Source: Octopus sinensis
Lineage: Eukaryota
Assembly (NCBI RefSeq): GCF_006345805.1
Contig: NC_042997.1
Span: forward strand, 7,316,001-7,380,000
Length of the DNA: 64,000 nt
Direction of reading: 5' to 3'
The number at the start of each line of letters is the position of its first letter. Positions within the stretch are counted from its first letter, which is position 1. The notes beneath the pieces were generated by a model. The model worked only from the letters and a program-made list of their open reading frames with translations, did no database searches and was not told the DNA's origin. The position numbers and the translations under genes are program-made. This document shows positions 1-11,215 of the stretch, in pieces.

Positions 1-118
1 AAGAAAAAAATAATAATGCACATGCGCAAAATTAAAGATATACAATGGTGACAATTTACCATTGAGACCTATGTATACACACATACACATATAATTATAA
101 ACGTACAGAAATACATGT

Positions 119-290
<172 letters not shown>

Positions 291-835
291 ATAGACACAC
301 ACACATACTGATATCATTTATGTATGTCTTTGTGTGTACATTTCTATTTGTACATTTGTGCTTATGTGTATTCGCCTTTGCATATTTACATACGGGTTTG
401 TGGGGTTATCTATGTACATAATTAATTCTATTACACATATTAAATTTATTTATATATTTTCTGAATAACAAGAACTATTGTTCGGAGTTGCTTAATATAC
501 TGAATTCGATGTAGCCTGTTAAATCACCACCGATAATGTCAAAATCGATAAATTGTTTCCTTTCTCTTTGTATTTCGAATTAAATGTTATATCTGTTAAT
601 ACTTCTTTTTATTTGCATGCGTTTATTTGAAAGTATTTGTATTAAATGTTTTCTGTCTGCAACTCGCACCATAGTTTTAATGAGTCAGATATGTGTGATT
701 ATTACAATAGATATTGTATTTTACATGATAATTTATAGCAGGCGATGCAATTTTTCATGAATATAATAAGAGGGGAATATAATATTGCTTATATAGAATA
801 CGACATATACTTACAAACATTCATATTTACATACA

Positions 836-921
<86 letters not shown>

Positions 922-1523
922 TTCAAATATATTCGTACGTTGATTTTTATGTCGGACGAATGAGTCAGAAGTGCTCAATACATGTACATAATATGTTTTA
1001 TTTTTATTGGAACTGAAACTAAAAGTTTGTTTCACTAATATAGTGTCACAATACTGCAACCTTGTCTGAAACATAGACCTACGGAAGGACTAGTTATAAT
1101 TAGTATTCAAACTAAGGCCGTTCTTTTACAGTGTGTTGGTAGGTTGGCTTATTGCGTATTACTTTGTACAACGTTACTATGCAGGAAACTTATGGACTAC
1201 AACTTATAGATTACAAACAGCCATTTTGTAGTGACCACCTCCAAGTAAATAGCTAACGGTTTCATTTCCATACTTGCTTTGCAGCAACAGGTCTTTTATA
1301 TTTTCCTTACGATGTATTTATTTTGGTTCATTATACATACACGTGTGTGTGTGTGTGTGTGTGTACGTGTGTGTGTGTTTGTGTGTGTCTCTGTGTGTGA
1401 AAGATAAATGAGCAAATAAACTGGCAAAATGTTAATGGATAATCTCAGATCGCAATTTCTGGTTAAGCATAAATATGCTCTGCCTCATCATTGAGTTACA
1501 CCAGCATTAGTACAAAATTACAA

Positions 1524-1554
<31 letters not shown>

Positions 1555-1610
1555 ACCAAAACTTAAATATACGCACGTATACACACACGCGCGCACACAT
1601 ACACAACATA

Positions 1611-1640
<30 letters not shown>

Positions 1641-1647
<7 letters not shown>

Positions 1648-1897
1648 ACTTCGTCATTATATTCACTGCGGTGACATTTCTCAACATATAGCACTTGGTG
1701 TTGGACGGACAAATGAATTATTTGAGTATATACGTTTATACACACACACAATATATATAATATATATATATATATTATATATGCGTGTGTCTGTGTGTAT
1801 AAACGTATATACTCAAATAATTCATTTGTCCGTCCAACACCATGTGCTATATGTTGAGAAATGTCGCCGCAGTGAATATAGTGACGAAGTGACTATA
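1641..1897. repeat. Inverted repeat (about 110-bp arms) around a TA/CA microsatellite loop
   Basis: tagtcacttcgtcattatattcactgcgg...gtatatacgtttatacac (1641-1750) is the reverse complement of about 1785-1897 with a few mismatches. A diverged direct copy of the arm lies at about 2190-2270. Confidence 0.95.
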
Positions 1898-1919
1898 TAT
1901 TTATGATGTATATAAAGAG

Positions 1920-2547
1920 GATAAAATCGTTATCTAACATAATGCTAGTTTACTTATTAATTTCTTTTTTTACCTGTGCTGTATGAATACATAATGTGGT
2001 TTTAGAATCAGGTTTTGACTGCTATATTTAGCATAGTGGTATTCATTTTGTTACCCTAAATTATAATTTAAATAATAATAATAATTACCTTTAAGGATTT
2101 TTCCCCTATGCTGGTCACCCGATATGTTCGTTATTTTAAATAACGGTCTTAAACTTTTTTATTTATAAATATATATTCATTTCATCATATTTACTACGAT
2201 GATATTTCTCAACATATAACACATGGTATTGGACGGACAGATGCGTTGGTCGTGTATATATGTACATTTATACGTATGTATAAGTGTGTATATGTAAATA
2301 TTCGCATGTTGTACGTATTTGTGATTGTATACTAATGTTGGTATATATCACTGATGAGGAAGAGCATATTCATGCATAGCAAGAAATCGCGATCTTAGAT
2401 TATCCATTAGCATTTTGCTATTTTATTTGTTCATTTATCTTTTCACCTGTGCTGTATGAATACATGATGTAGCTTTAGAGTAAGGTTTTCACTGCTACAT
2501 CTAGCACGGCGGTATCCCTTTTGAAACACTAAATTAATTATAATTTA
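1920..2547 (+). repeat. Diverged direct repeats, probably Penelope-like terminal-repeat remnants, with a decayed hammerhead-like motif at about 2345-2400
   Basis: acctgtgctgtatgaatacat...aaattataattta occurs at about 1970-2070 and again at about 2445-2547. CTGATGA (2351-2357) ... GAAA (2383-2386) TCGCGA TC lies upstream of the second copy. Confidence 0.6.
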
Positions 2548-2600
2548 TATACAAATACACACACACACACACACACATAAATATATATATATATATATAT

Positions 2601-2650
<50 letters not shown>

Positions 2651-2749
2651 GCAGTACATGCACACCCTTATAATCGTTAAAATGCATTTAAATTAGGAAT
2701 TATATTTTCAAATTTCCTAGTAATGGCTATACTGCAAATATCTAATATT

Positions 2750-3790
2750 TACTATGCATGCCTTTTTTTCTTTTTCAATGCACGGACCCTATTAGATGTG
2801 CTACTGATCAGATGACGAACATTCTCTTGGGAAATTTCATGGAGTAATCTAAAAAGTTCTAGTTTTTGGGATGCTTTCGTGTTCTTTTTAAGTGTTTTGT
2901 CCGTTACACCTCAGGGATGTTCAATGGCTTATCCATGAAATTGTTTTAATACCATTCTCTTCCAACTAGTTTGAATATCGTTAGCCATGTGAAAAGGAAC
3001 CACATCTACCATGAATAAAGAATCTTCTTCAATCATTTCCCCACTGGAGAAGTTTGGAAGGAGTTATTTCTACAATATGGACACATATTTATCTGAGTTT
3101 ATGTTTCCTTCAAACTCTATCAGTCCTGATCGACCATTGCTCCAAACTGTTTACCAACCATCACAAAATAGCTGTCACGTTTCATTGTTGGCAGCAATTT
3201 TTGACATCAAATTCTTGATCACAGATTCTCCAGACACGGGCTCAACCACTGTCAAAAAATAGAGCAAATCTGGAATCATCAGAGAATATGTCAGGTTCCC
3301 AAAATGCTAGTGACCATTCCACCACCTCACTGGCCCAACACTTCCACGCTTGATACTGGCTGGTCGAAGTGGCTTTCTTTTAGCTAGTCTGCCATAGTAG
3401 TCAAGTTTGTAGTGGTAGCTGACATCTGCTGTAGGACTGACATCAACTTGTTCTGCTAAATTCAAAAGCATTTCAATGAGGATTACCCCCTTAACAAAGC
3501 AAATATTCATGTCTTTGGGCTCTAGTCGACCTTGGTGAGGTGATGTGGACACCTTCCCCTTTCTGGTGAATTGCACAATCACTCTATTAATTGTAGAAAG
3601 CGGAATACCAAAGTCTTCTGCGATTTTACGCTTACTCGGTCGACATTCAGATTGACCCACAATAGAGCCTCTTTGAAATTCGGACAGTTTCAAGGCTTCA
3701 TTGGTATGTGGCATGATTAAGCAGTCACATTTAGAACTTGCAACATAAAAATGTCGATTAATAGAAAATATAAATTTTTTCAACTTAAAT
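2750..3790 (-). mobile_element. Decayed Tc1-family transposase
   Basis: ORF 3307-3783 reads LSEFQRGSIVGQ...KRKIAEDFGIPLSTINRVIVQFTRKG...GR (Tc1 HTH), then YYGRLAKRKPL. A frameshifted IFSDDSRF (Tc1 first catalytic D motif) follows. TIRs were not identified. Confidence 0.85.
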
Positions 3791-4199
3791 ATAAAACGTT
3801 TTATGACATGTCTATTTACTTCAGTCTCTAGCTTTCAAGCATCTGTTTTTGACACTTCAAGGAGGCCGAAATCATGTGATCTGGTAATCCGTTGGTGATT
3901 TAAACACGAGACATTATATTCACCAGACGCACAGATGAGTGGGCTTTCCGAATTTAGACCCCTCTGAAAGCCAATCTCCCAGCAAATAAAGAATTAAGAA
4001 AACAGTTAACTACGTTACACGAAGTGAAATAGATTTGCAAGGAATGACATCTTACCACTAACAAACACAAGATAAAAAGTTTCACTGAAAATGAACCGAT
4101 CAAACACACGAACACCTCATCGACTTTGTAACGGATATCATTATCGATTTGACGTCTGTTGAATATCTTTCAATCTGGAGATTTTGACAGTTTCAGAAG

Positions 4200-4560
4200 A
4201 ACAAACATTTCGTGGGAATTTAGAGACATGAACCAGGTGCAAAACATTATCTCAAAGTGTCCATTAAGTTTATTGTTACAAATACAAGCATTAAGTGTCA
4301 AATATAAATCGTTACATACATATAGCTACGAAGCTCAAGAACTTTTTAAATATATATAACAATGAGAAATGTCATCAAAATGACGCCACTCTTAAAGCCA
4401 TAGCACATTCCAACGGACTAGCGATCTAACTGAACATATTATTGAACATAATCTAAAACATATGTTGCTTATACATAAAGCAGAAAACAAATATAATCTA
4501 AGGACAAATCGACCTAGAACTGTCGTTATAGAACATGAACTCATTGCCTTGCTACATAAC
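4200..4560 (+). mobile_element. Possible highly decayed Penelope-like GIY-YIG endonuclease remnant
   Basis: Frameshifted peptides IKCQ..YI..SSRTF and TSDLTEHIIEHN..LIHKAENKYNL resemble the GIY-YIG core and C-terminus of Penelope-like elements. Judged by eye only. Confidence 0.3.
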
Positions 4561-4754
4561 AATATATAACAGCCATTTAAAACGCGAACCAAACATACAC
4601 TAGTGGAATAACGAGTTATTTTCACAATCAGGAACCTGTCGTTTCGAGACAACATAGAATGCGCATAACCCAAAGTAAACCAATATGTTTTAGATCGTTC
4701 CTACTGTACGTACAAGTTTAAAATTGGCGAAAGTAGGCTAGACCTCACAGCTCA

Positions 4755-4910
4755 AATGGTAATTATTTTATTGGACATGAAAGGATTAAAGGCAAAGTGG
4801 ACCTCGAGGGTATTTAAACTCAAAACGTAATGCCAAAAGAAATACCAAGGGACATTTATTTTTCTTGTTGTTATTGTTGTACTAATAGTTCTGAGAAATA
4901 GCCGCCTTCA
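4755..4910 (-). mobile_element. tRNA-headed SINE, family C, decayed
   Basis: aaggattaaaggcaaagtggacctcg...tttaaactcaaaacgtaa...gccgcctt matches the copies at 36985-37200. Confidence 0.7.
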
Positions 4911-5135
4911 AAATGCGTATTGAATAATAATATTAATTATATAAGATATACTTAAACATATTTCCACCTAAAAATATATAAAAAAGATTAAGTTATTTGT
5001 ATAAACAAGTATTCGTATATATACACAACCACGCACTCATACTTATATTTAACGGTTGTATGGCACACGCAAACACACCTATATAAGTTTTTACATGTAT
5101 ACCTTTTCAGATTCAAATGCATACATTGATACGCT

Positions 5136-5227
<92 letters not shown>

Positions 5228-5231
<4 letters not shown>

Positions 5232-5533
5232 CGTGACCGACCAGGTTATCAGATGTTGCTACATATCGCTGGTCACAATGCGCTTCGCATTGTTTTAGCC
5301 TTCAAATGACGCCACCCCGCAGGCTAAGCGAGCAGGCCAACAGAAGAAAGAGTGAGAGGAAGTTGTGGCGAAAGAGTACAGCAGGGATCGCCACCACCCC
5401 CTGCAGGAGAGCCGTGGAGCTTTAAGTGTTCTCGCTCAGTAAACACTAACAAGGCCCTGCCCTGTCTGGGAATCGAAACCGCGATCCTACGACCACGATT
5501 TCGCTGCGCTAATCACTGGGCCATTGCGCCTCC
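5228..5533 (-). mobile_element. tRNA-headed SINE, family A, full length
   Basis: Reverse complement of ggaggcgcaatggcccagtg(g/a)ttag...gtttcgattccc (pol III A/B-box-like head) through ...ctggtcggtcacggtga. Homologous to 25090-25393. Confidence 0.92.
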
Positions 5534-5574
5534 ACACACACACACACTCACACACACCACACACACACACATAT

Positions 5575-5620
<46 letters not shown>

Positions 5621-6342
5621 TTATTCTTCATTCACATGGAGGTACAAATGTTAGTATTTACATAGTCACATTGACACATTTATATGCATTTCTCTGTAGG
5701 CTAATACATACATATATATATATTCTCCTGTAATGGCCTACATACAAACATTTATATTCCATGTGTATAATTGCACTTCATGATGTGTATCTAAATATTT
5801 TCCCGTTCGTTACTAACGCTCATTAAAAAACGACACGTTTATACTTGCATGTACATAACGATATTTTTATATCTAAATACATCATTACCTCTCAAGGGCT
5901 TAATAGTGTCTAGTGGCAGTCGGACATGCAGACTCACTCCTATGGTTAGATAAGTAATGTGATAATAAAAACAATCCATTAACTATAAGATGGAATTACA
6001 TAGACAGTTAGTAAGTAATATTTGGATGAACAATCTGCAATTTTACACAGAGCACTCGACAATAATCTCGGTACATATTATGAAATGGAATTTTATAAAT
6101 ACTACTTGGATGCCCATAAGAGTAGGTGAAATGCAAAATTATAAATATCTATACCATAAAACAAATAACTGACAGAAAATATCATATTACGTGGTGGGGA
6201 TTTATCCATTTTTTTTTATGCGAGATTTGTTATTTTTTGGTCGAACCAAAAGCAATTTCGAGGACAAAGACGTGTATATGCAGGACAGTGTAAAGGCAGT
6301 TTAATGTTCACACCGACACACACATACACACCCACATACACA

Positions 6343-6386
<44 letters not shown>

Positions 6387-6420
6387 ATATATATATCAAT
6401 ATATATATATATGTCTCGAG

Positions 6421-6652
6421 TGATCACATGATCGACAAGGCTATCAGACGTTGCTACACATTGTTTTAGCCTTCAAATGACGCCACCCCGCAGGCTAAGC
6501 GAGCAGGCCTACAGAGGTCAGAGTGAGAGAAATTTGCGGCGAAAGACTACAGCAGGGATCTCCCCCACCCCTGCCGGAGCCTCGTGGAGCTTTAGGTGTT
6601 TTCGCTCACTAAACACTCACAACGTCCGGTCTGGGAATCGAAACCGCGATCC
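6421..6652 (-). mobile_element. SINE family A, partial
   Basis: High similarity to 5228-5490, with an internal deletion and a truncated head. Confidence 0.9.
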
Positions 6653-6965
6653 TATATAATATACGCACACATATCGTAGAAGAAGAAATATTAATTCCTT
6701 GGTACGGTACTCTATCCTTTTTTACATGAGTAGAAATTATTTTATTGGTAATGCTTTCACGTTTATAATTAGATGTTAATAAGGTGTTAGGTGTTCACAA
6801 GAGGTAAACATCTCTTCTAAACTTACGAAGATTTACATAATCAAGTCGCAAAATTATCAACAAAGCTATTTCTGTTCACAACAACAATTGCAGCGTGGAA
6901 GGTGTTTATAAGCCATTTAAGAAACACACAAAAGCCGTTCGATTCACTTCAACATTTAAGTTTAA

Positions 6966-7015
6966 TTTGTCAAAATATTTTCGTCGCTAAAATCCGTGAC
7001 CTGTTCACTGACAAA
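6966..7015 (-). ncRNA. Mirror copy of the hammerhead motif in the left palindrome arm
   Basis: Reverse complement of 7032-7081 with one mismatch in stem II. Confidence 0.72.
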
Positions 7016-7031
7016 GTCCGTGCTGCATCTC

Positions 7032-7081
7032 TTTGTCAGTGAACAGGTCGCGGATTTTAGCGACGAAAATATTTTGACAAA
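7032..7081 (+). ncRNA. Minimal type I hammerhead ribozyme motif, G3:C8 core variant
   Basis: UUUGUCA (stem I) - GUGAACA (core) - G - GUCGC ggauuuua GCGAC (stem II) - GAAA - AUAU - UU - UGACAAA (stem I'). Confidence 0.8.
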
Positions 7082-7360
7082 TTAAACTTAAATGTTGAAG
7101 TGAATCGAACGGCTTTTGTGTGTTTCTTAAATGGCTTATAAACACCTTCCACGCTGCAATTGTTTTCGTTTCAGCACACGATCTCAGATCAAATTACTTG
7201 CTATGCGAGTACATCTCCGTATTTCTGTTCATTTTTTCAAATATATAAATATCTACACACTGATATTTATATATCTGTGTGTGTCTGCGTTTGTGTGTGT
7301 TATATAAAGGCTATATATATATTATTCTTTTTTGTTCTTTTAATCTTTTGCATGCTTCCG

Positions 7361-7619
7361 TGAGCTGACTGCGGCCACGCTCGAGCACCGCCTTTAATTG
7401 AACAAATCCACCTCAGGACTTATTTTTGTCAGCCTAGTACTTATTCGATCGGTGTCTTTTGTCGAACCGTTATGTTATGAGGACGTAAACACACCAATAT
7501 CTGTTGCTAAGCGATGTTGAGGACGCAAACTCAGACATGCAAATGCATACACACGCACACACGCAGACATACAAACACACACGCACAGACACTCATACAC
7601 ACACAGACACTCACACACA

Positions 7620-7656
<37 letters not shown>

Positions 7657-7830
7657 GTATATATATATGATGGACTCCTTTCAGTTTCCGTCTTCCAAAT
7701 CCACTCACATGTATTTGTACTATAGCCGCAGGCTATAGTAGAAGACACTTACCTAAATTGCCACGCAGTTGGGATGGACCCGGAAACATGAGGGAGGGAA
7801 ACAAGCTTCGTACTACACAGTCACTCGTGC
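7361..7830 (-). mobile_element. tRNA-headed SINE, family B, with internal microsatellite
   Basis: Reverse complement matches 41910-42285 (head ...gtgtcttctactatagcc...gacggaaactgaaag; body gtttacgtcc...cggttcg; tail ggcggtgctc). Confidence 0.9.
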
Positions 7831-7849
7831 TTATATAACTATGATGCCT

Positions 7850-8510
7850 AATTTGTGGATAGCCTCAAACACATCGAAGATGTATTGACAATCCTAGAGT
7901 TGATCATCAACTTACTCTTTGTAGCTGACGTCAAACTCCCACTTGTCACATGTCCAGAAAGCCACATCCTCTCTGGGATGCAACTCCACGAACAAAATTA
8001 TGTAGTGATTGCTTGCACTTCGTAATATGTTGTTCATGAAGCAAGTGATACTCAGGTGAATCAGGGAAACGACATCGTGGACCTCTCATTCCGAAATATT
8101 GTGAACCGTATCAATAATGTGAAGATGACACCAACAGCAATCTCAAACAACATTTTTGAACTAGGTATGGCCCTAGGCGAACTGCTGGTATCTACCCAAT
8201 CAGGAGTAATCAAGTTCCATCCAACCTGAATTTCAATAAATCTAAATGGGAATCAATCAGGAAAGGACATCCACAAATGAAGCTGGTCTAGCATCCTATG
8301 TATGCAAGATAGTGATTTGAAATTCAGCCAGTTTGTGACAACAATCAAAGTCATGTGTACTAAATATACCTTAGAAAGAAAGACCAGCATATCGATAAAT
8401 AAAATTCCCAATGACAGAAAATTCCATATGAGATGCAGGTCAAGGGTTTCAACACGGCTTAATAGGAGGCTGAAGCATAGGGAGAAGTCTTAATAGGAGC
8501 CTGTAGCAAT
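7850..8510 (+). mobile_element. Decayed CR1-group LINE ORF2 fragment (endonuclease C-terminal half plus linker)
   Basis: Frameshifted peptides FVDSLKHIEDVLT, LFVADVKLPLVTCPE (GDFNLP-like), GNDIVDLSF, TPTAISNN (SDHN-like), LNFNKSKWESIR and NKIPNDRKFHMR. Confidence 0.75.
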
Positions 8511-8524
8511 CGGAAACATATATA

Positions 8525-8652
8525 TATATAAGAATTTTTTGCGTAATAAGATGAAAAACCAATGCTGTATAGATATTAGAGCATTTATAAATGGTCTAAT
8601 ATCTATAGAGCCTTGGGTTTTTTTATCTTATTACGCAAAAAATTCTTATATA
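8525..8652. repeat. Imperfect palindrome with no spacer, centred at 8587/8588
   Basis: tataagaattttttgcgtaataagat...tagatattaga.catttat|aaatg.tctaatatcta...atcttattacgcaaaaaattcttata. Confidence 0.93.
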
Positions 8653-8817
8653 CACACGCTCACATAGAACCAACGTTGAACCCTTTATTCACAATATTAC
8701 CAAATCTGGAACTCAACTATGGTCTGTCTATAACATATATTCAGCATTACCTGACACCTTTGGGTCTCAATGACACCATTATCTCTTACACACACTCACA
8801 CACACACACACACATAA

Positions 8818-8882
<65 letters not shown>

Positions 8883-8888
8883 TATATA

Positions 8889-8947
<59 letters not shown>

Positions 8948-9934
8948 TGCAACGATACGGAAGACGGACTGTAAGTAGAAGATTTATCCAGCTAAACAAT
9001 GGTATCCGCTGCCTTCTGTATTGCTCTCTAGTGGGTGGGAAATGATGTAATGACATCAGATGCATCGCGCAGTTCAAGGTGTCTCAGGTGACGTAACATG
9101 ATTCGAAAGTTACAAGATTTAGATTTCACTTCGAGCTAGATGCTGGTGGTATTGTGGTGTGATGCTAGTGGCTCATGCGCATTGGTGTAACAAGGATACT
9201 TTTGGTTTGTTTACAGGAAGTGTTTTTAAAAAAATAGAATATACAAAGAATATAGTAAATATTGATAGATATGTCTTGTAATTAATATTAATAATGCTAC
9301 ATCTCTCTAAAGATTGATGTTAATTTTTCCTTGTTTTTGCTTCCAGAATATTCTCTTAAAACTGATTATGCTTTCTTTTATACATTTTTAGAGTGCGGTT
9401 GATATACCTCGGGGTTTCGAAAGAGAATCTTATGATTTAACACCGATATATGACGTAAAATAATGAAATGCATTTACTCCCACGTTTGGTGATTTTCTTA
9501 CAGTCATTATGGAAACGCAATATATCTAATAATCTTGAGCATTAGATCTTATAATAGTTCTCCTTCTCAATCAGCTACTTAGCCCGTCGGTAATGGTTTC
9601 ACGAGATTTGAGAAGAAAAGAGAGAAAGAAAACAAGGAGACAAAAATCTGGATAGAGAAAAAGAGGGAGGGATAAAAGTATGAGAGAGAAAAAGACGGCG
9701 TGGGAAAAAGAGGATGAGTGAAGTGTACATGATGTGAGGTAGGGGTAACGTAATTGCATTGCTTTCACGTGATTAGTTGAAGGGGAAGAGAGTAGAAGAA
9801 GGAGGAAGAAAAAGGAGAGAGAAAAGAGGATAATATGAACAATGAGACAGAAAGAAGGTGAAAAAAAACAAACGAGAAAATAAAAGACGAAGGGAGAAAA
9901 GGAGGAAAAGAGGGAGAGAGAAGCGTCTATGATG

Positions 9935-10466
9935 TAATATAACAGAAATGTAATATTACATGAAAAGACGCGAGCATAAAATGTCATATTCATAAGATTG
10001 TAAACCTGGAAAATTACAGGAAAAGTTATTGCATCTGTAAAAGTATAGGAAAAGCTATTCTAGTAAAGTAAAGAATAGGAAACATTTTACTTAAAATATT
10101 GCAGCAAAGACAGCCAGTTCTTTTCTAATTTATCACTCTTTACAGTTATCATCTATTAAATTTATTGTACAAAACTCTTCAGCTAATTTTGCATTTAAGG
10201 TAGTAAATTAGCAAAATTCTACTTAAATAAGTATAGTGTTATTTGTAAACTAAAATAATATAAGTTTTGATATTTAAATTTAAATTTAGCTGCAATATTT
10301 TAAGTAAAAAAGTGTGTTATTCTTTACTTTACTAGAAGTAATAGCTTGTCCTATACTTTTCCGGTGTAATATCTTGTCCTGTACTTTTCCAGGTTTATAA
10401 GATTATGATTTTTCATGCTCGTATTTCTCCATGTATTCCATGATTTTTCCAGGCATTGCTGTTATA
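9935..10466. mobile_element. Fold-back / MITE-like element with diverged inverted arms of about 170 bp
   Basis: cgagcat...taaacctggaaaattacagga...tctagtaaagtaaagaata...ttttacttaaaatattgcagc pairs with gctgcaatattttaagtaaaa...tattctttactttactaga...tcctgtacttttccaggttta...atgctcg. Confidence 0.75.
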
Positions 10467-11174
10467 AGATATTTAATAATGTGTCAATAATAATTTAACA
10501 GTTTAGCTTATAAAATACTGAAAGTTAATATTTCTATTTTTCCATGTAAGTGATAACATTAGAATTATTTCGTGTTTAAATTAAATATATGTTGTGGATG
10601 AATTATTTGATATTACGCATCCACACAAAATTATTGGCAGAGATTTTTACCATGTTTTCCGTTGCACCATAGCTCACCAAAAGTTACCAAAACAAAATCT
10701 CCAAACCATCAGTTACCAGGCTCATTTACATAACCTAATTGTGCAATATCAGGGCCTCACAGGAATTCATTCACCGAAAAACATTTCCAACCCTTTTTTT
10801 CCGAACCAAAATATGAGATTTGCAGCATATTAGGAGGTCAGGGTACTTGATTCCACGCAAACAATCGAAGTTCTTTCTGTTTTCTTAGTGAAAAACGTGC
10901 GGGTGTTAATATGGAAATCGACCATAATATTGTTATATAGCCTTAACTAAACCCTGATACCTAAAACGTATCATCAAAGACATTCCAGCCTTCAGCAAAC
11001 CGTCTTTTTAGAGATAATCTAGTACACTACATACAATGGGCGTGTGATTTAGGTAGGGCGCACTTTGTCTGCTAATTTTAGCATGTCGGGCGACCAGGTA
11101 GAGGCTCTTTCATTGGATCGATGCGATGAAATTTTTTTACACATATATGTAATATGTATATATATCATCGGCAG

Positions 11175-11211
<37 letters not shown>

Positions 11212-11215
<4 letters not shown>

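Larger units (their letters stand above)
6883..7164. repeat. Near-perfect 282-bp palindrome (134-bp arms, 14-nt spacer), probably an inverted Penelope-like terminal repeat
   Basis: 6883-7016 is the reverse complement of 7031-7164 with one mismatch seen (gtgac versus gcgac). Confidence 0.97.
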
